32,000 nt of DNA from Candidatus Iainarchaeum sp. (GCA_030649345.1 JAUSKK010000042.1:1-32000), one strand, 5' to 3'. Numbered from the stretch's first letter, positions 16,140 to 24,509 are shown. The notes: a model not told the origin generated them from the letters alone. Numbers and translations: made by a program.

Positions 16140-19100
16140 TTATTGATCTTTTAAAGTTTTCAAAATACCAGAAAGTGTATGTGTATTTTGCTGGGTTGTC
16201 TGGCCGGTAGTGGGTGGCAAAACAGTTCCGCCTTGAGTTGCACCCATACTTGAACTAGGCTTTATCCAATTACGGTAAGCGTAAACTCTATAGGTTGTAT
16301 TAGAACTTACAGGACGAGTGTCAGTAAATTTATTTGAGTTAGGCTGAGTGGCATCCAATAATTTAACAATTCCACCAGGCAAACGTCCAGATTGCCAAGA
16401 TAATGAATCTGACAGTTCATCACAACTTGGATTTCCAGAAGCAGTCAAACGATCACATCTTACTACTGCATAAGCTTGAGCATTATCAACAGCCAGCCAA
16501 GTAATCGTAGCATAATCTTCAGCTGAATTGTCAGTGAATGTATATCTGAAGTCGCCAATTACAGTACTTGCACTCAAACTAATTGACGCAAATTCAGTAT
16601 GATTTCTCAATATAGCATTTGAGCCAAATTCATCAAACAATAAAACTGTAGCAAAATATCCGTGTTGTTTAGATAAGGATAATGCATTGCCTGCTTTTGA
16701 ATAATTTTCTTGCATTAAATTAAAAGAATGTGTAAAAGCTAAAGAAAGAAGTTTTTCATCCAAAACTGTTTTTCTACCCACTGAACAAATATCTCCAATA
16801 GTTTTGTCATCAGATTCATCATCAGGAGTTTCATCAGCAATAACTAAATCACCCAGTGCATTCAAAGTTTCACTGTTAACAGAACTATCCAAATTAAGTT
16901 CTTGTGTGCACAATAAAGGCAAATAGTAAGCCACTGTATCAGGTTCAGGTGCAGTCCAGTCAATTTTTACACTGCCATAATCAACTGCAGTATTTGTAAT
17001 TTCAAATTCTACAACTTGTTCTTGGAATGGGACCCAAGCACTTTCACTTAAACTTTCGTAGTCTGCAGTTGTTCCATCTGGATTTGTTGGAAGAGGATTT
17101 GGATAAGCTATAACTCTATATTTTGTATTTGCATAAGGTTGATGTTGGTCTGCAGCAGCTTGTTGGCTGTTGGTTGGATCAGTAAATGGAGAACTAACAT
17201 ATTGTTTTTCGGTTAAGTCTATTTCTTCAGCATTTGCACAGTCACCAGAAACTGTAATACCTGCATCGCATCTAAGTACACCAAAATTGTAAGAAATATC
17301 TGGAGTTACAGTCCATTCCAATTCAGCTGTTGTTGCGTCCGTTGAAGGAGTAACAGTTAATTCAATTGTTGGCGTTCCTGGAGCAACTCCTGTAACTGCA
17401 TGCACTGTTCCAGTTAATGCAGATTCAATTATTTTTTTCTGTAAAGGAATCAAACATTCCAAGATTGTTTTACAATCAGTAGCTGGAGTTGAAGCTGGTG
17501 TTCCGCCTACTAAAGCAGGCTTTACAGAATCTAAAGCATTCGTCCAAGGACTTTGAGCAATTCTTTCGCTGCCATTATAAACATTCACAGAATAAAAAGT
17601 ATTTATTGTAACTGGCGTTGCATCAAGATTTGAACTAGTAGAATCTGTTGGCGCTTCAAAATAATTCAGCCCAGAATCATCTGATTTTATTTCATAATCA
17701 TGCAAGCAAGAAATAACTCCTTCTCTGCTGGCTTCACAGCGGGTCATGGAATAACTTAAATTAGGTATTTCTAGTGCAGTCCAAGACAACCTTGCTTTTT
17801 GTGCACCCTGTTCGTCTAAGCTGACTTCGATTGTTACATCCAAAACTGTTGGAACAGTATACCAGCCGTTTCCGCCTGTATGTATGTCGCCTACATTAAA
17901 GCTGTCTACGTAATAGCTTGTTGTTTCAACAATAGGTTTGTTGTTTACAGAATCAATGAATGCAGTATAACCATCGCCTTCAGTTCTTGGGATATTTACA
18001 GCACCACGAGTAATTGCAGTATCATTATTCATATCACAAGGAATTGAGCCATCAGTATTTACAGCATCACATCTGTAAGGTTTAAAGAATTCAACATCTG
18101 GATTGTGGGCTTTCATATACAAGCCTGCAAAAATTCCGCCATTTTGTTTGATTAAATCAATACTTAATTCTGGAATATCATCCACTCGAATCCAGTCTGG
18201 GCTTTCAGCTAAAACAGTATCCGTATCCTCTGCATTCACTGCAATTATTTTGTACGAAAACAAACCAATATTTTCTCGGCTTTTTAGTTCATCTACATTA
18301 TTAACAACAGTAATTCCGTCTGGGTCTTTAAATTCTGTTTCAGTTCCTTCCATATAATTATTCAACAAAGAAAAAGCACCATCGTACTTACCATAACCAT
18401 CTTTGGAATCACAATCACTCAACTCTTGTTCAGCACATCTAAGCACATCGTATTGCATATTTGTTAAATTATTTGAAGTCCAAGTCAAAGTAACATTTTC
18501 TTGGTCTGTTCGTTCAACTGTTAATTCAACACTCGGTGCATTGGGATCAACTTCAACAACATAATCTGTACACTTTTGAATACTGGTTCCATCATCCAAT
18601 GGAATCACTGCACATAAAGTACGATTGCCTTCACGGGTTTGTTTAAATGTTCGAGTAATGACTGGATAGTTTCCGGATGGCATGGATTCAATTTTTTCTT
18701 TAAGCAAACCAGCATTTTTTAATTCAGAATCAGCTTGGTTTGTTTCTTTGGATTTGAATACCAGCATTACATTTTCTAAATTATCAGCTGTTTTATTGTT
18801 TAACCTAACATGGAATTCGAGTTGCTGGCCAACATAAACGTTTGAGCCCGGAGTAATTAAGTCAATTGATGAAATTTCTACAGTGTCAGCAGTTACACTT
18901 GCACCTGAATTTTCTTCTTTTTCTGTTGGTTTTTGCCAATCGCCGGAAGTCGTTACAAGCGTCCGGGTTGCTGGATCAAATGCTCCAATTCTGTAAGAAA
19001 AATCATCGATGTTTTCTCTGGATTTTAATGCATTAAGAGCATCTGGAATATTATCTGGATCAACAAAGCTTGTTTCAGTAATAACAGTACTTTCATCTAA

Positions 19101-22100
19101 CAAACTATCAGGCCCATCATCACAGTCAGCAATATTTTCTTTTTCACACCTAAACACATTGTATTCAACATTATTCGGCATGTTTTCTGCAGTCCAAGTT
19201 AAAGTAATTTTATCTCCTTCGCGTACAGCTTCGTCTAAAGTAAGAGTTGGTTCATCCGAAGGTTCTGGTCCGCCTACAATACTTCCGTCTACTCGAACCA
19301 TTGGACTTGTTCCTAAAACAGTTCCATCTGGATCTTCTGCAGTGACTTGATATTTTGAGGCATCATTTGGGTGAGAATCTATAATGGAAGTATCATCAGT
19401 AGTTGGTTCTGCTCCATTGCGAACCAAGGGAACTAAAGGAACTAAATCATCGTCTACACAATCATTTGGATTTGGTTTATCACAGCGTACTGGTCTGAAA
19501 ACATAATCTCCTTCAGGACCCCAAGATAAATGAGCACCATCAGATTGTTTGTCTACAGTTAAAGTTACGTCTACTTCTGGCATAGTATCTGGAATAAGTC
19601 CCCAGCCGCTTTCAGCAATTGGGTTTCCGTCACCATCTTCAACCAAGACATTGTAAAATGTTTTATTGGTTGCAGTATTGGGATCAATGGCTTGAGTTAC
19701 ACTGCCTGAAGTAACAGGTATACTGGTTGGATTTTTTGTACAATCTGTTGAATCATCATTCATTTCATCACAGCGCACAGGATTATATTTAACGTCTGCT
19801 GGAGGATTTTCTAAAGCAGTCCAAGTTAGTTTAGTTTTTCCGCCAAGCAAAGGAGTTATAGTTAATGTAACAACATTATTAGGATCAGCTGCAGGCAAAG
19901 CATCAGGAGTAAATGCTCCTGCATTTTTGAATAATCTAGCATAAGCTAAAACTGTGGCCACATAATCTTTGGCTTTTGCACTTAAGTTTTTACAATTTAC
20001 ATTTCCTGGACCATATCTGTAAGAAGCAATTACTAAAATTTCTCGCGTAGTTAAACCTAAATCTTCCAAGCCAGGCAAAGTCATTGCATTGTATTGTGGA
20101 CCTTCACATTTCAGTCTTTGTTTTGATTTTGCATAGGTTTCAGCTGCACGCTGTAAATTAGCACCAGGAGTAGTCCATAAAGGAATATTTTCTCCAGTAC
20201 ACACAACAGTATTACAGGAAAAAATTTCACTTTTAGTTGCATCCGCAGAATTAATAGTTCCAACATCAACAGCAACTACATTTCCGTGTTTCGGTTGAGA
20301 TCTTTGTTCTCGCAAAGAAACGTTTATTGTTTTTAAATCATCGGCTGGATCAGGAACTTCAACTGTTTTTCCGCCAAATAAATAGTCAGCAACATCAGCA
20401 GGTCTTTGATAACCCCAAGCTAAATTAATAGTTGAAACCAGCCCCAAGCCTAAGCCAATTGGTTTTTTATCCAAACAAGCAAATGCTTGATTGTCAAATT
20501 TGGATTCAGCAGCACTAATTCCAAACAAAATAGCTGGAGGAACATCTAAACTAGGCTGATTTGAAATTGCAGTTACATTTTCAACAAATTCTGGATTTAA
20601 AACAGTTCTAGCATTTGCTGAATTAATATTTCTTCCAATTCCTGTTTCAGGACATTCTTCTCCAGTTTGACTTGAAAAATAATCATTTAATTGCATTATA
20701 TTAGTTAAAGCAGGTAAATTTAATTCTCTGGATTTAGCTTCTACAGCTGGCGCAATATCTTCCAATTCTTCAGTTAACTGAGTTCTGGATCTTCCAGGCC
20801 CAATTAATGGCGGGCCCAGATCAGCACCAGTTGGAGTTGGTCGTCTAAGTACATCTGAACCAGTTCCAGCAGGAGCAGTACCTGCACCAGCACCTGAAAC
20901 ACTGGCACCAGCACCTGAAACACTAGCACTAGCTCCAGCAACAGCTGCAGCTGGGCTTGGAGGAGGAGTAGAACCAGCATCTCGAGCTTCTGTACTTGCA
21001 AGTAAAGCAGGAATATTAACCCAATCACTGGCAGTGTACAAGTTACCATTGGAAGAATCGTAAACTCCTACAGCCACTTTTTGACTGGATTGTACACCAT
21101 ATTCACCAGATGAATACGAAAATCCAGGCCCAGATAAAGATTGCACACCAGGAGTTATTTGCGCTTCAGTTACAGTCGTTGGAATATCAGAACAATTTCC
21201 TGTTCTGCAGGCGAATAAATAATAGTTTGGATTTGAAATTGCTGGACTTACAGCAACTGCAACAGAAATTTCATTATTTGATTCCCTAGTTGGAGTTAAA
21301 GTAACTACTGGATTTGAAGCATTTGAAGTTGAGCTAACTGAAACCCAATTACTTTTTCCGATAAATGGACCATTAGGTAAACTTTTTGCATAAACAATGT
21401 ACCCAGTAGTTCCAGAAGCATTGGCTGGTTCATAGACAGTGGAGGTTGTATCTACTTGACCATCAAAGAAAAAACTAGGGCATTCATTGTTTACAAATTC
21501 ATAATAACAAGAAAACACAGAATAATTTAGTGGTGGATAAGGTCCATCAATTGTCCAAGCTAATTGAATGCGTCCAGGATGATCTGTGCTTGGAGTTTGA
21601 GTTAAATTAATATTAGTTGGAACGCCTTTGTTTTTTTCGTCTCCAGCTAAAGCCAACAAAGCTTTGACATCATTGCTGGTGAAAGTAAATTTACTGACAG
21701 TAACTTTTCCGTTTTGGTTGGAATATTTTAAAGTACCAGTGCCTGAAAAAACAGTAAAATCCGCACTATTTGGGTTTAAGATTCCGATAAAACTAGTTTT
21801 ATCAAAACCCAATTTGTTTGCAAATTTTTGAGGAATAGTACTCGAAACTCGATTTTCAGAAAAAGCATAAAACCAAGCATTCAGCAAATCCAATAAAGGA
21901 GTTCCAGTTGTTTGACTGCCTGGAAAAATTTTGACATTAATAACCCAAGTATCGTCTACACTGAATTCATTTACTCCAGAACCAATGTCAGTTCGCTTAA
22001 GTTGAGTTTCACTTACGTTAAATCCAGTTTCTTTAAATGAATTCAATTGATCTTCATTGTATGCCAAAGTCGTACTATAAAGTGCTGAGTTTACGCTGAC

Positions 22101-22154
22101 TAAAAATAAGAGTAAAAAAAATACTGCAATGAGATTGAAACGAACACCATTCAT
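16140..22154 (-). CDS. Giant secreted protein B (2004 aa): divergent SLT-like domain embedded in about 11 FN3-like Cys-loop repeats
   Basis: The track start 22163 is GTG. The ATG at 22154 gives the signal peptide 'MNGVRFNLIAVFFLLLFLVSVNSA'. Module map (track numbering):
- 30-185 unknown;
- 186-385 two FN3-Cys ('YSVFSC...NEC','YYLFACRTGNC');
- 395-460 A/G/S/P low-complexity linker;
- 470-750 SLT-like;
- 763-1078 three FN3-Cys ('YNPVRCDEMNDDSTDC','FRPVRCDKPNPNDC','YNVFRCEKENIADC');
- 1092-1206 Ig/CARDB-like ending 'RTLCAVIPLDDGTSIQKC';
- 1210-1545 three FN3-Cys ('YDVLRCAEQELSDC','FKPYRCDAVNTDGSIPC','YSMTRCEASREGVISC');
- 1564-1583 'CKTILECLIPLQKKIIESAL' motif;
- 1598-1968 three FN3-Cys ('FGVLRCDAGITVSGDC','YLPLLC...GDIC','YAVVRCDRLTASGNPSC').

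There is no TM anchor. Confidence 0.85.
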   Translation of the reverse strand: MNGVRFNLIAVFFLLLFLVSVNSALYSTTLAYNEDQLNSFKETGFNVSETQLKRTDIGSGVNEFSVDDTWVINVKIFPGSQTTGTPLLDLLNAWFYAFSENRVSSTIPQKFANKLGFDKTSFIGILNPNSADFTVFSGTGTLKYSNQNGKVTVSKFTFTSNDVKALLALAGDEKNKGVPTNINLTQTPSTDHPGRIQLAWTIDGPYPPLNYSVFSCYYEFVNNECPSFFFDGQVDTTSTVYEPANASGTTGYIVYAKSLPNGPFIGKSNWVSVSSTSNASNPVVTLTPTRESNNEISVAVAVSPAISNPNYYLFACRTGNCSDIPTTVTEAQITPGVQSLSGPGFSYSSGEYGVQSSQKVAVGVYDSSNGNLYTASDWVNIPALLASTEARDAGSTPPPSPAAAVAGASASVSGAGASVSGAGAGTAPAGTGSDVLRRPTPTGADLGPPLIGPGRSRTQLTEELEDIAPAVEAKSRELNLPALTNIMQLNDYFSSQTGEECPETGIGRNINSANARTVLNPEFVENVTAISNQPSLDVPPAILFGISAAESKFDNQAFACLDKKPIGLGLGLVSTINLAWGYQRPADVADYLFGGKTVEVPDPADDLKTINVSLREQRSQPKHGNVVAVDVGTINSADATKSEIFSCNTVVCTGENIPLWTTPGANLQRAAETYAKSKQRLKCEGPQYNAMTLPGLEDLGLTTREILVIASYRYGPGNVNCKNLSAKAKDYVATVLAYARLFKNAGAFTPDALPAADPNNVVTLTITPLLGGKTKLTWTALENPPADVKYNPVRCDEMNDDSTDCTKNPTSIPVTSGSVTQAIDPNTATNKTFYNVLVEDGDGNPIAESGWGLIPDTMPEVDVTLTVDKQSDGAHLSWGPEGDYVFRPVRCDKPNPNDCVDDDLVPLVPLVRNGAEPTTDDTSIIDSHPNDASKYQVTAEDPDGTVLGTSPMVRVDGSIVGGPEPSDEPTLTLDEAVREGDKITLTWTAENMPNNVEYNVFRCEKENIADCDDGPDSLLDESTVITETSFVDPDNIPDALNALKSRENIDDFSYRIGAFDPATRTLVTTSGDWQKPTEKEENSGASVTADTVEISSIDLITPGSNVYVGQQLEFHVRLNNKTADNLENVMLVFKSKETNQADSELKNAGLLKEKIESMPSGNYPVITRTFKQTREGNRTLCAVIPLDDGTSIQKCTDYVVEVDPNAPSVELTVERTDQENVTLTWTSNNLTNMQYDVLRCAEQELSDCDSKDGYGKYDGAFSLLNNYMEGTETEFKDPDGITVVNNVDELKSRENIGLFSYKIIAVNAEDTDTVLAESPDWIRVDDIPELSIDLIKQNGGIFAGLYMKAHNPDVEFFKPYRCDAVNTDGSIPCDMNNDTAITRGAVNIPRTEGDGYTAFIDSVNNKPIVETTSYYVDSFNVGDIHTGGNGWYTVPTVLDVTIEVSLDEQGAQKARLSWTALEIPNLSYSMTRCEASREGVISCLHDYEIKSDDSGLNYFEAPTDSTSSNLDATPVTINTFYSVNVYNGSERIAQSPWTNALDSVKPALVGGTPASTPATDCKTILECLIPLQKKIIESALTGTVHAVTGVAPGTPTIELTVTPSTDATTAELEWTVTPDISYNFGVLRCDAGITVSGDCANAEEIDLTEKQYVSSPFTDPTNSQQAAADQHQPYANTKYRVIAYPNPLPTNPDGTTADYESLSESAWVPFQEQVVEFEITNTAVDYGSVKIDWTAPEPDTVAYYLPLLCTQELNLDSSVNSETLNALGDLVIADETPDDESDDKTIGDICSVGRKTVLDEKLLSLAFTHSFNLMQENYSKAGNALSLSKQHGYFATVLLFDEFGSNAILRNHTEFASISLSASTVIGDFRYTFTDNSAEDYATITWLAVDNAQAYAVVRCDRLTASGNPSCDELSDSLSWQSGRLPGGIVKLLDATQPNSNKFTDTRPVSSNTTYRVYAYRNWIKPSSSMGATQGGTVLPPTTGQTTQQNTHTLSGILKTLKDQ
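19914..20561 (-). other. Divergent SLT-like domain of giant B
   Basis: 'PPAILFGISAAESKFDNQAFAC' (Glu-Ser; Glu553 codon 20505..20507) and 'REILVIASYRYGPGN' (AYNxG-like) are colinear with the domains in A and C, including the shared 'LEDLGLTTRE' segment. The GLMQ position reads 'IGLGLGLVS'. Confidence 0.5.
20884..20925 (-). repeat. Tandem 21-nt duplication inside the low-complexity linker of giant B
   Basis: gcaccagcacctgaaacactg (20884..20904) is followed directly by gcaccagcacctgaaacacta (20905..20925), 20/21 identical. It encodes SVSGAGA twice within 'AVAGASASVSGAGASVSGAGAGTAPAGTG'. Confidence 0.9.
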
Positions 22155-22334
22155 GCAATTCACTTAGTTCCGTGAGAACAATTTTTGCTATATTATACTA
22201 ATATAAAGGATTATTTAAAGCTTTGCTGGAGAGATTGACAAAAGCTCAGTAAATAAATTAAGTTAATTCCAAATTCAGCCCAACCAGAAAAGAATAAAAA
22301 CAGTTTGTATAAGATTGTATAAGAATGTAGTGGG

Positions 22335-22838
22335 ATGACATTAATGAGGAAAGTTGTGCTGGATGCAGATGGCTTGATAAAATTGACCAAAGCAGACATT
22401 CTGGAAAAAATTGTTGAAATTCTGAATTGCAATATATCGCAGGAAGTTTTCACAGAAAGCGTAGAAGAAGGAAAAAAGCTTTTATTTGAAGATGCATTTA
22501 AAATTGAGGAATTGATTCAAAATAAAAAAATAAAAGTTCATGCAACAGAAAAAAAGGAATTCTCGGACTTGGATGGATTTGGAAAAGGAGAAAGAACCAG
22601 TTTGGAATTGTATTATCAAATTCATGCACAGGCCATTATTAGCGATAATCAAAGATTTTTAAAAGAATTGGAAAAAAAACAAGTGCCGTTCACTACACCG
22701 GCAGGAATACTTCAGGCACTGTATTGGAACAAAAAATTAAACAAATCAGAGACATTGAATGCATTGGAAAAAATGAAACCATTGATTCAATCAGAAATTT
22801 ATATCAGCTTAAAAAAAGAAGTGGAGGAATCTAAATGA
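22335..22838 (+). CDS. PIN-like nucleic-acid-binding protein of the DUF3368 / COG2405 type (toxin-like)
   Basis: 'VVLDADGLIKL' (N-terminal Asp), 'GKGERTSLELY' (GE..s) and 'AIISDNQRFLKELEKKQVPFTTPAGILQALY' match the '...liiDd...r..A..lGl.v.gtlGiL' pattern of DUF3368 proteins. The ATGA overlap (22835..22838) couples it to the next gene. Confidence 0.6.
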   Translation: MTLMRKVVLDADGLIKLTKADILEKIVEILNCNISQEVFTESVEEGKKLLFEDAFKIEELIQNKKIKVHATEKKEFSDLDGFGKGERTSLELYYQIHAQAIISDNQRFLKELEKKQVPFTTPAGILQALYWNKKLNKSETLNALEKMKPLIQSEIYISLKKEVEESK

Positions 22839-23140
22839 AAGCAAACACTGTCAGTTATCCATTAAGAATTTCAGAGGAAATAATGCAGATCACTGAAATA
22901 CGAAAGCGCGAAGAACATGTGGACAAAACCACAGCCTTAAGACAACTCTTGTACAAAGGAGTGGAAGACTATGTTTTGGAGTTGTATGCAAGCGGACGAA
23001 TCACTCTAACTAGAACGGCAGAATTATTAAACAAAAATGTTCACGAAGTACTTCAATTGGCTGGAAAAAAAGGAGTGAAAACTGGAGCAAACTCAGAACA
23101 ACAAAGGCAAAGTGCGAAAACAGCAGAAAAATTGTTCTAA
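22835..23140 (+). CDS. UPF0175-family (COG2886-like) antitoxin-like protein
   Basis: 'LRISEEIMQITE......ALRQLLYKGVEDYVLELYASGRITLTRTAELLNKNVHEVLQLAGKKGV' shows the family pattern '...a..lY..g.iSlgkaAellgms..eF.ell...gi'. UPF0175 is the usual partner family of DUF3368. Confidence 0.6.
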   Translation: MKANTVSYPLRISEEIMQITEIRKREEHVDKTTALRQLLYKGVEDYVLELYASGRITLTRTAELLNKNVHEVLQLAGKKGVKTGANSEQQRQSAKTAEKLF

Positions 23141-23192
23141 ATTCAAAATTATTTGCCGCAAACACAGAATTGACCTAAAAAAGAGACAAATT

Positions 23193-23456
23193 ATGGCTAA
23201 TAAAAAAATTCGGATCACGCAAGAAGCCTATGATTTTTTGGCTTCACAAAAGCGCGAAAATGAAAGTTTCAGTCAAGTAATAATTCGAATATATTCTATG
23301 GATCCTGCTGGACAAAAAATGGATAATCTTAAAATTGCAGACCGGCTAGTGCAAAAAAGCCAGCTAACAAAAAAAGACGTACAAAAGCTCAGCAAAAAAG
23401 TAAACCAAGCTGCTGGAAAACATGCAAAAAAATTATTAAAAAGTTTAAAAAACTAA
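23193..23456 (+). CDS. Archaeal-type VapB-like antitoxin (PF02697/DUF217-like N-terminus) with a Lys-rich C-terminal extension
   Basis: I use the internal ATG at 23193; the track start 23112 overlaps the previous gene and adds an implausible basic leader. 'MANKKIRITQEAYDFLASQKRENESFSQVIIRIY' matches 'M.KtItI.devYe.L...K....SFSevI..l'. No PIN gene follows; the next gene is convergent. Confidence 0.55.
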   Translation: MANKKIRITQEAYDFLASQKRENESFSQVIIRIYSMDPAGQKMDNLKIADRLVQKSQLTKKDVQKLSKKVNQAAGKHAKKLLKSLKN

Positions 23457-23466
23457 TTCTAAAAAA

Positions 23467-24078
23467 TTAGCAGGTTTGTCTTAATTGATTAATGCCTGTT
23501 TGAGATTGAGCTAAATTATCCTGCAATACTTGTTCGTCTACAATAAAATTAGAAACTTCAGCGGTTACAGCTTGCGCAGGATAAGCCGATTGAATGGCTT
23601 GAACTTTAGCATTGACAGCCAAAGACTTATTCACAGTCTCAACTGTCTTGGCATGGGTTTGTTCAAACAAACTTAAACTCGGACACGGATTGGAAATAAC
23701 TGCATCCAATTGATTGCTGGCTTTCAAAGAATTATATCTTGCTTGAGTTGAGTCAACCAACAATAAATGCAAATCAGTTAATTCTAAAATCGCTTGTTTG
23801 TCTTGTTCGTTTACAAATTTTTTTCCAGAAATTTCTGTTTTAAAATCCTGCAAAGCTTGCTTGACTTCCGTAAAATTTTCATTAGAGTATTCCAATAATT
23901 GTTCTCCGATTACAGCAAAACTAAAACTTCGGGTAATTCGAATATTATCCAATTGGTCAAATGCATTTGTAAAAGTCAACGGAGGTACTGGAAGAGTTTG
24001 AGCTGGCTGGAATACAAATACATAAGCCAAAACAGCGACTACAACTAAAACCAATAAGATTGCGAATTTGTTTGCCAT
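23467..24078 (-). CDS. Membrane-anchored hypothetical protein (N-terminal TM/signal anchor, helical ectodomain)
   Basis: ATG start. 'MANKFAILLVLVVVAVLAYVFVF' is a hydrophobic anchor. The remainder is Gln/Leu/Ala-rich with a Cys near each end of the ectodomain (NPCPS ... RQTC). I recognise no family. Confidence 0.5.
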   Translation of the reverse strand: MANKFAILLVLVVVAVLAYVFVFQPAQTLPVPPLTFTNAFDQLDNIRITRSFSFAVIGEQLLEYSNENFTEVKQALQDFKTEISGKKFVNEQDKQAILELTDLHLLLVDSTQARYNSLKASNQLDAVISNPCPSLSLFEQTHAKTVETVNKSLAVNAKVQAIQSAYPAQAVTAEVSNFIVDEQVLQDNLAQSQTGINQLRQTC

Positions 24079-24099
24079 AATAACTGTAATTATTAGAGT

Positions 24100-24123
24100 A
24101 AACTTATTTTTAAAGCTTGGGTT
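24100..24123. repeat. Copy 1 of a perfect 24-nt direct repeat (aaacttatttttaaagcttgggtt); carries a TATA-like box on the minus strand
   Basis: Identical to 24770..24793, exactly 670 nt away. The minus strand reads AACCCAAGCTTTAAAAATAAGTTT. The TTTAAAAATA centre is about 32 nt upstream of the ATG (24078) of the 203-aa membrane protein. Confidence 0.9.
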
Positions 24124-24136
24124 GGGAACCCGAATA

Positions 24137-24508
24137 TTAGCCTATTTTTTCTTTAATTTTACGATATGCGTACTCATCTGCCTTTGCATGAAACATTGAT
24201 TTAAAGGTCCAAATTATTTTCCCCGACTTCAATCGGTCAGTAAAGAAAGCCGTTACAATAAATGGATCTTTGGACAATACTTTAACAACTACCACCAGAT
24301 ACTTTTCACCTACGGGTGTTTTAGGATAAAGCCGATAAAGTAAATGAATTGTTGGATCGTAACTGCTTTCTCGAATTTCTTCTGGATCGAACAAAACCTG
24401 TCGGATTTTATTAAACTGATTTTTGAGTTCTGGTTTTTTCAAAATATGAAGTTTTCGTTCGCTAGTTAAACGAAATAATTTTCCGAAACGGTCTTTCAAA
24501 AACTGCAT
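24137..24508 (-). CDS. Small conserved protein paired with DUF2283; toxin candidate (DUF4258 / barnase-EndoU-RelE-like by context)
   Basis: ATG start, 1 nt after the upstream stop. 'LTSERKLHILKKPELKNQFNKIRQVLFDPEEIRES..DPTIHLLYRLYPKTPVGEKYLVVVVKVLSKDPFIVTAFFTDRLKSGKIIW' follows a pattern I recognise from small proteins next to DUF2283 genes: 'w...r..Hi...Hpe......i...l..Pd.i.......y.........kyl.vvvk.....fI.TAy.t......G'. The family name is not certain. Confidence 0.45.
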   Translation of the reverse strand: MQFLKDRFGKLFRLTSERKLHILKKPELKNQFNKIRQVLFDPEEIRESSYDPTIHLLYRLYPKTPVGEKYLVVVVKVLSKDPFIVTAFFTDRLKSGKIIWTFKSMFHAKADEYAYRKIKEKIG

Positions 24509-24509
24509 G

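Noticed and set aside
22155-22163. Non-ATG 5' extensions proposed by the ORF track: GTG 22163, GTG 31668, TTG 9055, TTG 3151, TTG 24770
   Set aside because: In each case an in-frame ATG a few codons downstream yields a textbook signal peptide or family N-terminus. For giant C that ATG is correctly spaced from an SD-like GGGTGAT. I trimmed the starts to 22154, 31650, 9049, 3142 and 24752. The GTG and TTG starts cannot be strictly excluded.
22211-22453. 80-aa minus-strand ORF overlapping the start of the DUF3368 PIN-like gene
   Set aside because: It overlaps a better-supported + strand gene and the divergent promoter region. It resembles no known family.
23112-23192. 27-codon 5' extension of the VapB-like ORF
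   Set aside because: It overlaps the end of the UPF0175 gene and adds a Lys/Arg/Cys-rich leader. The family-typical N-terminus begins at the ATG at 23193.
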